From Aduncisulcus paluster (taxonomy: Eukaryota), in NCBI GenBank assembly GCA_024181965.1, contig BQXS01012491.1:1-39528 (forward strand): DNA of 39,528 nucleotides, written 5' to 3'. The notes beneath the pieces were generated by a model. The model saw only the letters and a list, made by a program, of their open reading frames with translations, did no database searches and was not told the origin of the DNA. Numbering within the stretch: position 1 is the stretch's first letter; each line of letters begins with the position of its first letter. A program made the translations under genes and the position numbers. Shown in pieces: positions 22,041 to 31,900 of this stretch.

Positions 22041-22481
22041 ATGGATAAGTATCCTAAGAAAAAGATTACTTTTATTATCAATACCTCCTTTCAATTGTCA
22101 TCTCGTAAGCAAGTTGTCGTGAATGTCATGCGTGATGTTCCAATGAGAGTGGTAGCGCGTCTTGCTGCAGAAAAAGTATGTTCATTTTTGGGAAATCTTT
22201 CTTTTTGAAACTTGATATTTATTAATTCTGAGTTAAACTTAATTGAATGAAGCTGGAAATTGCCAAAGACCAAGAATTAAAAATTGTATCTGAAGGTATG
22301 TTTTATGATTAATATTCATTGTCTATCCATGATCTTTTAATTAATACGCATAATTTTGTTTTGTTATCATTCCTTTTACCCATATGTAGAAAGTGGGAGT
22401 GTTGCTGGAACAATCACTGCTGAATCTGCTCTATACAGATATGGGGCAATCTTATCCATATTTCCCGAGACAATTGTGTAA
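22041..22481 (+). CDS. Ufm1-like ubiquitin-fold protein, 89 aa, exons 22041-22175, 22253-22295, 22390-22481; ends ...IFPETIV* without the C-terminal Gly
   Basis: Spliced product MDKYPKKKITFIINTSFQLSSRKQVVVNVMRDVPMRVVARLAAEKLEIAKDQELKIVSEESGSVAGTITAESALYRYGAILSIFPETIV aligns end to end with Ufm1 ([50 protein letters not shown]). Both introns are GTATGT..AG and preserve the frame. Confidence 0.8.
22176..22252 (+). other. Spliceosomal intron, 77 nt, phase 0
   Basis: GTATGT donor, CTTAAT branch-like motif, GAAG acceptor; keeps the Ufm1-like frame. Confidence 0.75.
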
Positions 22482-22865
22482 AGAGATTAATTCAAAATTG
22501 TTAAGAAAATAATTAATAATATATGTCGAAAGATCCCANNNNNNNNNNNNNNNNNNNNGTTAAACTTAATTGAATGAAGCTGGAAATTGCCAAAGACCAA
22601 GAATTAAAAATTGTATCTGAAGGTATGTTTTATGATTAATATTCATTGTCTATCCATGATCTTTTAATTAATACGCATAATTTTGTTTTGTTATCATTCC
22701 TTTTACCCATATGTAGAAAGTGGGAGTGTTGCTGGAACAATCACTGCTGAATCTGCTCTATACAGATATGGGGCAATCTTATCCATATTTCCCGAGACAA
22801 TTGTGTAAAGAGATTAATTCAAAATTGTTAAGAAAATAATTAATAATATATGTCGAAAGATCCCA
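22232..22865. repeat. Assembly overlap duplication 22232-22538 / 22559-22865 flanking gap 22539-22558
   Basis: 307-bp direct copies; duplicates exons 2-3 of the Ufm1-like gene. Confidence 0.9.
22296..22389 (+). other. Spliceosomal intron, 94 nt, phase 1
   Basis: GTATGT donor, pyrimidine-rich 3' part, TAG acceptor; keeps the frame. Confidence 0.8.
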
Positions 22866-23372
22866 TTTCCAGACAAGGTTTTGTCGAGCTGAGTTGAAAT
22901 CAACGCCTTATAAAACCAATGGGTTAAAAAAAAGTTGAAAAATAATCCAACTGATTTATTTATTTTAAAGCAATGATATTATATAATGTAGACCAAGAAA
23001 AAATGAAGAATAAGAGTGGATATTGGATTTTCTGAATTGTACAGTTTACAAACTAAAAATAGAGTGTTTCTCAATTAGTTATATAGTTATTATTAGCAAC
23101 AATCACTCCAATCAACAAAATAAAGAGAAAAGAGAGAGGGAAAAAATGAAATAAAAAAATTAAAAAAACAATCAAAAAACAATCAAAATGAGAACCGATT
23201 CAAGAACAACCTTTAACTCCTTCACCAGCAGAAGTATTTCTTTCTTCTGTGAAAGATTACAACTTACTCATACAAGGGATAAAAATAGGACAAATAATCA
23301 CCGGAGGGAGAAGTATATTATTATTTGAAGAGAAAAGTAAAGCGTGATTATTATTTGATGTTTCACCACCAA

Positions 23373-25154
23373 TCACGGTTTGAACAAAGATGGATTAACA
23401 TTTAGACTAAGACCGCTCTTGGTGAATTCATTTCTCCATGTCACGAGGGTCTGATAGACATCCATATCCCGATGTCCATGGCACACGGCACAGATCTTGG
23501 TTGGATGCGAATCTTTCTTGTACAACAATAAAACCAATTTCTCCTCAAATTTCATCTGAGAGGGCTTAATATAGTACTTTCTCAAACGTTTTGGGATATC
23601 AGTTTTGAGAAGGTACCTGTGGTGCTCATATGTAGTGTGTTGCGAAAAAGAAGCAACGTGAATGTGATATTTTTCAAAGTCATGAAATACACAGTTCTCG
23701 AACGAATGGAAGATGTCTCTGCGGAGACGAGCAGGGTCTTTGTCTTCAAGGACGAACAGAATGAAACTTGCAGCACACCCAGCCAAGTTCTTTCGATGTT
23801 GGATAATGACCTCGGCTATGACATCATGTCTTACTCTCCAGTGAAGGATTGAAGAAGAAGAAGAAGAAGAAGAGGTCATAGTACCACAACCTTCTTCCTT
23901 TCCGTGTTCTATTGGCTCCGTGGCTTCTTCCGTTCCTTTGGGGTGTTGGTGATCCTCAGCGTGGTGATTATCAGCGTGGTGATCATCAACATCACCATAG
24001 GAAGAACTACTGTGCTCGAGTCTATACCCAACATAACAGAGAATGGTCAAGAGACGACAGGAGACCAGGGCAATTGGTTGGTGGGTGATGAAAGATTGTA
24101 TGGCACTTTCACAGATGGAACAAAAGCCTTCCTGAAGGAGTTTTAGTTTCACATCGAACATTCGAATGCTAACCTCAGCTGTATTCAAGATACGACGAAC
24201 CAATTCCTTGTGGGTCTTGTGATCGCGGAATATAGCCTTTAAAAGGTGGACAACTCCATGAGAATAGAAACGATCGAGGGATACATCGCTGCGGCAACCG
24301 TGTTGAATAATATTGAGTAAAAATAGACAAACACTAGGATCTGACGAATGTTTTTCCCACATTGAGAATAAAAGACGAATAGTATCATCATAAAATGGGA
24401 TTGCTGGAAGAGAAGCAAAAGATGCAATGCCCGCATCAACAGAAAAACGGTAGGCGGGCTTAGAGAATAATTCTTCCACTGTTGAGGTACGACGACTTGT
24501 TGGTTTGCTCTTGCTCTTTGTTTTTTCAGATTTTTTATGGATAATTTCTTGCTGATGGCGCTTATCAAGAAGAGAGCTCAAAAAACTCAAAAAAAGAATG
24601 GACGTTTTACAATCCAGGGCTGAATATGCCATAAAAGCTGTCATCGTATTATATTGAAACAGTAAAGCAGTTTTCTCGCTTGTTAAACGATTAGAGGACA
24701 AAGATGACATAATAGAGAGGAGAGATGTTAAACAATCATGATTTGGAAGGATAGATAACAAAAGACGCTCAACAAGAGGAATAAATAATATGTCAGGAAG
24801 CTCTTTGATAACATCATCATGAGTATGTACGATTTTTTCCAATTCTTTCAAGAAAGTGGCAATATCATCGACGGATGCAGTTTTAGGGAATGTATCCGGG
24901 TTAAAAGAAAACTTTAATTCCTTAGAATATTCAAATGCCAGCAAATCACGAAGTATTTCGACACATAAATCGCGGATATCCTTTAGAGAGTCTTTCAACT
25001 CAGAGTCAGATAATGCGAGACTGGATATAACCTCTTTGGGGTCAACAACATCGATGGATGTCGATGTGTATTTGGAAATCATTTCTATTTGGTTCCAAAA
25101 AGCAAAGTTGTTCCAGTAAGGCGATCCTTCCTCAATATTGTTATCTAATTCCAA
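23373..25154 (-). CDS. Hypothetical alpha-helical (ARM/HEAT-like) protein; 5' end uncertain
   Basis: 593-codon ORF with repeated amphipathic helices (e.g. GVVHLLKAIFRDHKTHKELVRRILNT, FCSICESAIQSFITHQPIALVSCRLLTIL). The ORF-track start is TTG; there may be an upstream micro-exon via a TAG acceptor at 25145. Confidence 0.7.
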   Translation of the reverse strand: MELDNNIEEGSPYWNNFAFWNQIEMISKYTSTSIDVVDPKEVISSLALSDSELKDSLKDIRDLCVEILRDLLAFEYSKELKFSFNPDTFPKTASVDDIATFLKELEKIVHTHDDVIKELPDILFIPLVERLLLSILPNHDCLTSLLSIMSSLSSNRLTSEKTALLFQYNTMTAFMAYSALDCKTSILFLSFLSSLLDKRHQQEIIHKKSEKTKSKSKPTSRRTSTVEELFSKPAYRFSVDAGIASFASLPAIPFYDDTIRLLFSMWEKHSSDPSVCLFLLNIIQHGCRSDVSLDRFYSHGVVHLLKAIFRDHKTHKELVRRILNTAEVSIRMFDVKLKLLQEGFCSICESAIQSFITHQPIALVSCRLLTILCYVGYRLEHSSSSYGDVDDHHADNHHAEDHQHPKGTEEATEPIEHGKEEGCGTMTSSSSSSSSILHWRVRHDVIAEVIIQHRKNLAGCAASFILFVLEDKDPARLRRDIFHSFENCVFHDFEKYHIHVASFSQHTTYEHHRYLLKTDIPKRLRKYYIKPSQMKFEEKLVLLLYKKDSHPTKICAVCHGHRDMDVYQTLVTWRNEFTKSGLSLNVNPSLFKP

Positions 25155-25320
25155 AATGAGTAATCACAACGTGCATAGAAAGATAAATAAATATATATAA
25201 CAAATCATTTTATTGTATATTAGCGTGAGACGAAATCGCTTGACGATTTTTATTATTGATGAAATTCATCATAACTTTATACAAATAATTTACAAAAAGT
25301 AAATTGATTCATTACACGGA

Positions 25321-27279
25321 TTAATATAAAATGGTATGTTTTTTCAAGGGAGTCTCAGTCTTTATCTTGACATCTCCTTGTCTTCTTTTTCCACCAATAT
25401 CGATATAACGTCTTTGCTTATTGTTCCTTGAACTATATTTTTTCTCGTTGTCCCTTTTTTGTTGATGTTTCTCCTCCCGAATGATCTTTCGGATGTGACA
25501 GATATCATGGGCGAATTCACGTGGTTTTCTGATATGAAACCTTGTAGTTGGACATTTTCCCTTCGGTGGTAACGGTAGTGTCAATCTGTATACATATCTT
25601 GCTGCCCAATTCCTCCATTCTATTCTCTCAAAGGAGTGGAAGCTGGCACCAGAGGGGAATAGAAAGATCAGAAAATATGGAGTGTGGGAACAGTCTTTAC
25701 CTGACACTTTGTGGACATTATCAATACATAGGACCGTGAAGGAACGAGATCTGAAGGGATATGGGGGTAAAACAGGATCATCTAAACCACTCTCCTCTTT
25801 AACTGGATACTCGAGAGGCTCGGTTGGAAGCAACATAGGAAGAGGATATGCTGAAGAGGAAGAGGAAGAGGAAGAGGAAGAGGAAGAGGAAGAGGAGGAT
25901 GATTGCAAATAATAAGCATCTTTCTCAGTTAGATGGGGGTCCTCTATGCACTGTGAAGCATCTAGATGTGAATACAAGTGGTGGTGATGAATGCCTTGTT
26001 GTTGATCCTTCTCAGGATGGTCTATTTTTGGCGTTGAAGGAGGAGAGAAGGACGTGGGATCAATAGAATAATGGGGATGGTTGTGATGGTGATCTGAGGC
26101 ATTCTTAGAGGCAGTGGGGACAACTAATGGTTGAAGATCAAAGGTTACATCTATTTCAGAAGTGTCAAGCTTGCTCACAACAGTCACGGAGCTTGAGAAC
26201 TCAGAGAAGGTCACAGGGGCTGGTTTATGCTCTGTGGAGTCGTCTGGATTGACGGATGTAACAGTATCACTGAAATCAGAGGGAGAGGAGCTCGTTGAAG
26301 AGGAAGTTCTGGACGAGGATAGCTTCGAACAGGGGCTTTTGGGCACTGGGATCATCGGCATGAATGAGATGGAAGAATCGCAGTGGTAAGGGAGAGAATC
26401 CTCACGGAAATAATCATCAGTATTGCATTCTTTCTTGACAATTGACTGATAATCAACGAAAGGAAGAGAGCCATGTGCTGGGGTGGGCTTACAGGAATCG
26501 AATAGATTTGACCCAGCGGGAGAGTTTGAAAACATGTGTAAGTGGGACCGATCATGGTGGTTTTTGGGTATTTTGGAGAAATTTTTTGATGGAGAATCGT
26601 AAAAGCTGAAAGAAGAATGTTCACGAGGAAAATGAGATTGTGACGGAACAAAATCTGTCGGAACAATGAATCCAGAAGGATCACTGGAGAGAATTGGGCT
26701 TTTATGATCGATATATGACATGGAATTTGATAAATCATCCTGAAAAGAAGCACAGTGGCTTCTAGAGGGGAGGGATCGGCTGGATGACGGGAAAAATGAA
26801 GAAATATTGATGGATGAGGATGGGGAAGGCATTGGCTTCATTGATTCAGTCGGATTCGAATGGCCGAACCGATCTTTCAAGGAATCAAGATCAAAAGATG
26901 GTGCTTCAAATGGAGAAGGAGATGGAATGATTGGAGTCCTCGATTTGATCATACTATCCCGCTTTAATAATGGAGGGGATGATCCCATCGTGTATTCTTC
27001 TTCGGTTTGATCTTTTTCAGGAAGAGTGGATAATCTATCACAATAATCCGAAGAAAAGGGAGAACCTCGAAGCCCATCGAAAGAATCAAGCTCAGGATTT
27101 CTAATTTCAGATTCAAATTGATGAATTGATGCGGGAGATATTGGTTGATACTTTTCACCATCAACACGCGTAGTACTATTATTAGAATTTTTCATTGGAA
27201 GTTGTTGATCATCAAAATGAAATGAAACGCTACTACTCATAAAATATTTCGAGAATTGGCTCGAAAGAAGTTCTTGCAC
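25321..27279 (-). CDS. Ser/Pro-rich disordered protein with a compact basic C-terminal domain (first ATG at 27240)
   Basis: 652-codon ORF: ~490 aa low-complexity S/P/H-rich region, then a ~100-aa globular-looking segment and a K/R-rich tail. Confidence 0.75.
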   Translation of the reverse strand: MQELLSSQFSKYFMSSSVSFHFDDQQLPMKNSNNSTTRVDGEKYQPISPASIHQFESEIRNPELDSFDGLRGSPFSSDYCDRLSTLPEKDQTEEEYTMGSSPPLLKRDSMIKSRTPIIPSPSPFEAPSFDLDSLKDRFGHSNPTESMKPMPSPSSSINISSFFPSSSRSLPSRSHCASFQDDLSNSMSYIDHKSPILSSDPSGFIVPTDFVPSQSHFPREHSSFSFYDSPSKNFSKIPKNHHDRSHLHMFSNSPAGSNLFDSCKPTPAHGSLPFVDYQSIVKKECNTDDYFREDSLPYHCDSSISFMPMIPVPKSPCSKLSSSRTSSSTSSSPSDFSDTVTSVNPDDSTEHKPAPVTFSEFSSSVTVVSKLDTSEIDVTFDLQPLVVPTASKNASDHHHNHPHYSIDPTSFSPPSTPKIDHPEKDQQQGIHHHHLYSHLDASQCIEDPHLTEKDAYYLQSSSSSSSSSSSSSSSSSAYPLPMLLPTEPLEYPVKEESGLDDPVLPPYPFRSRSFTVLCIDNVHKVSGKDCSHTPYFLIFLFPSGASFHSFERIEWRNWAARYVYRLTLPLPPKGKCPTTRFHIRKPREFAHDICHIRKIIREEKHQQKRDNEKKYSSRNNKQRRYIDIGGKRRQGDVKIKTETPLKKHTILY

Positions 27280-28181
27280 ACGAAAGAATGTTTCTGAGAA
27301 ACCAGAGGTTTGCTGGAAGATGGGATAGAAAAATTAAAATTAAAATTATTTAGAAATTCATATATATACTAAATTAATAATTCATAAATATTTGGTAAAG
27401 AACAATAAATTCATGAGATTTATGTGAAAAAAAGAAATTATTGATATCTCAAAGAAAAATAAAGAAAAATCATTCAATGATTGTAATTACATATTATACG
27501 GTTCATTTTCACCAAAAAATAATGAATAAGTATGAATGAATGGATCAAAAACACCCATAAAGGGAAAATGAAACTATTTGACAAAAAAACTATGAATTGC
27601 TCATTAAACTGTTATAGATTATCAATCAAACATATAAAGGATATGGAATAATACCAAAACAATAATTCATAGTGTGACAATCACCAGATATAGTTTTTCC
27701 ACCCAATCTCATGACAGGTGATAAGGAAAGTCAAACAGGAAATATTGTAAAAATTATAGAGTAGATGTGCTATACTGGAGATATTAATTTTGAAATTTAG
27801 GAAAAAGTCAACAAAAATCGATCTACAAATTGAAGTTGGAAAATACTTGGAATGAATAAATACAAACCCAATCGATTCTTCCTACAAACTATATTGTACT
27901 CATAACATTATATTCATGCAAAATTAATCTTGAATTGGGATAGGTTAGGAGCAAAACGACCATTAGAAATTTTCTACAGATATGAGTTTATTTGTTTTGA
28001 AATTCATCATGATTCGTGTTAACTCCTCCATAATGGTCATTTGAATGAATCTTACTGATTTTTCTTTGTCTACTGACAGGTGCAACTTCAAGTTGGTCAC
28101 CTATGTACCTTGAAGGTATAGCCTATATCATGTTATCAATCAATCGGACATCCTCAACTAGAACAACGAACAGGGGAGTTA

Positions 28182-28913
28182 ATTACACTTTTATTCATTC
28201 AACTTTCCCAATAAATACCATTTCTTCATTTTACATCTTCATATTCGAGATCTATAAACATTACCTTCACAAGAAATACTTGTTCGCAAGCAACTGGATG
28301 GCTGTGGGTCGTTTTTGAGGGGTGTCTCCTATTGTGCATGCAGACACAATCGCAGACAACTCATCGGGCATGGGGATGAATGACACAGAATCTGATTGTT
28401 CCCAGAGTCGGAATACTTCCTGAATCAACACACCGAATGAGAACATGTCACATGCAGGAGTTGGATGAGGTCTTCTATGATTGTCCACATCATCGACAAT
28501 CTCTGGTGCAATAAACTGATTTGTCGCGATTCGTATCNNNNNNNNNNNNNNNNNNNNATTACACTTTTATTCATTCAACTTTCCCAATAAATACCATTTC
28601 TTCATTTTACATCTTCATATTCGAGATCTATAAACATTACCTTCACAAGAAATACTTGTTCGCAAGCAACTGGATGGCTGTGGGTCGTTTTTGAGGGGTG
28701 TCTCCTATTGTGCATGCAGACACAATCGCAGACAACTCATCGGGCATGGGGATGAATGACACAGAATCTGATTGTTCCCAGAGTCGGAATACTTCCTGAA
28801 TCAACACACCGAATGAGAACATGTCACATGCAGGAGTTGGATGAGGTCTTCTATGATTGTCCACATCATCGACAATCTCTGGTGCAATAAACTGATTTGT
28901 CGCGATTCGTATC
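28182..28913. repeat. Assembly overlap duplication 28182-28537 / 28558-28913 flanking gap 28538-28557
   Basis: 356-bp copies; explains the false ORF 28267-28488 (a copy of the kinase C-terminus). Confidence 0.9.
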
Positions 28914-31900
28914 GATTGACTCATGACTGGCATTGTACGTTCACTACAATCGACAGCACCCTCGAAGTCACACAGAAGACCATTTCCAAACGAATCAACA
29001 ATAACATTCTGAGGCTTCAGATCACAATGAACAATATCCTGGGAATGCAGATATGAAAGACCTTGAAGAATGCACTTCAAGATCTTGATGATGTCTTGCA
29101 AGGAACGAGGAGTAGAAGATGAAGATATCCACTTGCACAGGTCACCTTGTTCAAAGAATGGGAACAGCAGATATGCCCCTTCTTTCTTTGCAGTAAGAAC
29201 ATGACAATCTGTGAATGCACCCAACAAAGGAACAATGTATGGACAGTCTCCACATCTACGACTGGTGATGGCAGATCGAAGAAGATATCTGAAAGATGCA
29301 GAAGAACTGGTGTCAATTTGGAAGAACTTTAGAATAACACGCAACTCAGAGTGTTCTCCAGCAACCTGAGATTGTTCCCAACGAGCTGTGAAGATATTGC
29401 CTTCATTCTTAAATCTACCTTGAATGAATTGATTAGATCCACTTACGTCAGAACTTGTCAGTTGGTGAATATCATGGAATAGTTCAAGATTCATACCAAT
29501 AGTGAAGAGGAAAGGAATGGAAGAAGTAGTCGTAAAATCATCATTCAATACATTGTTCATATTCAGAACAGGGGGGATAGAGAACCCCAAGGAACTCAAG
29601 AAGGATGCATGTTGATGGAGTTCAAAAGAACGATGACATTGTTCATTCATATGGGCACGAACTTGTGAGATGGCATCTTTGTATTGTTTATGTTTTGCCT
29701 TGAGATCTGAGATTGTACGTGTAATCGACTCGGCATCATCTGTATCATCAGGATCCTCGCCAGGAAGTGAAGGGAGTGAAATGGAGAATTGGGAAGAAGT
29801 GGATGGTGAAGAGAGAGATTGGCTTCCTTGGTCATGTTGTTCTAGGTCTTGCTCCTTTTCTTTCTGATCTCGTTGAATCTTATCAAGTTTCTTGGTCAGA
29901 GTTCCAATCTTATTCTTGATCACAACCATCTCGGCTTTGGTAGTCCTCACGAATTCTTTCATCTTTTCCATATTCTCGGCAATAAACTTCATTTCAGTTG
30001 GACTTTGTTCGATCCTCACAACACTCTTACGCATACTGCACAAGTCACGCACTCGAAGCACACAACAGCATGCAGTGAGATACATCTCTTCCTTCATTCG
30101 AAGATATGCAATCGCTTGCTCCAACGAACTCGTTTCATTCTTCAGACAATCAAGGAAGAAGGACTCGATATCAGGATTCACACGGATGGATTGAGGAGAA
30201 CTCAAAGACAGGATGCTTTCAGAATCACTCAATACACCAACCTCTTTCTTGCACTGATCGATCACATTATCCTCCACATCAACGNNNNNNNNNNNNNNNN
30301 NNNNCATCTCTTCCTTCATTCGAAGATATGCAATCGCTTGCTCCAACGAACTCGTTTCATTCTTCAGACAATCAAGGAAGAAGGACTCGATATCAGGATT
30401 CACACGGATGGATTGAGGAGAACTCAAAGACAGGATGCTTTCAGAATCACTCAATACACCAACCTCTTTCTTGCACTGATCGATCACATTATCCTCCACA
30501 TCAACGATGGACATGTCAGCATCAAAACATGAGTTGGATTGCAGTTGTCCATTCAGTCGTGCCTCAAGGGATGTGAACTTGGAATCTGTCGTGGAGGCTT
30601 GTGAGTGACATTCGGATACCATCGATTGCAAGAATGATATATTCTTGTGAATGAACTCTTTTCGAGCACTCATTGTTTCTGTGAATTCTGGGTGCAAGGT
30701 TGATCCACAAGATGATGGCAGTGATGAATGAAGTTTGGAGATGAGAGAAAGGATGGAATCATGTGATGTTGTGTTCTCATTCTTGATGGTTTTGTTCTGT
30801 GTGCTCTTCTGAGAGTGAGAGTGAGAAGGATGAGAATAAGAAGTGGAATCAACAGAATCAGTAATAGAGCCATCTTTATCGACATGAACAAGGGTAGATT
30901 CTGAGTTGGAACAATGTGAATTGGAAATTAAGGGAGGGATGAATGAATCAGAATCATCTGTCCTTGAACTTTCACTTGAACATTCACTTTTCCCATCCTT
31001 CTTCTCTTCCTCACTCTTGACACTTGATGATGACACTCCATGCATAGTCGAACTGACTTCACCCAAACTTTCACTTTCTTTTCCATAATATAGTATATAT
31101 TCACTTTCTCCCCTTTTTCCTCCATTTGACAATGGTGAACGAGTTTCAGAGATAAGAGAAAGCAAATTATGATGGATCTTGGAAGGATCAAAAGAGGGTG
31201 AGGAACCTTTATATGAAGTATCGTCAATAGAATCAGTAACAGAGCCATCTTCACCACAATGAACAGGGATAGCTGAGTTGATACAGAAAGATATGGAAGA
31301 GCGGAATGGATGAGAATAATCTTTCCTTGAACACTCACTTAAACAGTCACTTTCTTTCTCTTTCTTCTCTTCCTCTTTCTCTCCATCAACTCCCTCTTCT
31401 TCACTCTTGACACTTGATGATGACACTCCATGCAGAATCGAACTGACTTCACTCACAAAAGCTTCGAGATCAATGGTGCCAATTTGTTCAATTTCACTCC
31501 ATGAATCATCCACAAGAAGATCCATATCAAAACAAAAGTGTTTCTCACTTTGACCATATTTAGAAACACATTCCTCAAAGACTGATGCAACCTTATTGAA
31601 TTGGACAAGACATTCAGACAAAGGTTTGGATAGATGTTCACTCGATGTTATCAAAGATGATCGTGTGCAGACACTGTGGCCAGAAGAACCATGGGGCTGA
31701 TCAAGACCACTGAGATATTGTGAGAGGAATTGTAACAGGAATGAACACACAGATTCGTTGGCTTTGATCACATGTTCCATCCTTGATGAAGTGATACGAG
31801 AGCAGACACGAGAACACTCCGAACAGATAGCATTGATCTTGGATTCTAATAGTTCAGAAGAAATTGGTTCGGCAGGGAGTAAGGAGAGACATAACTCACG

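Noticed and set aside
22559-22808. Second Ufm1-like gene copy
   Set aside because: Lacks exon 1 and lies within the gap-overlap duplication.
28267-28488. Separate short kinase-fragment gene or pseudogene
   Set aside because: Copy of the kinase 3' end inside a gap overlap.
1384-30506. Seven direct duplications as real tandem duplications or transposon target-site duplications
   Set aside because: Each exactly flanks a fixed 20-N gap, the signature of unmerged contig overlaps.
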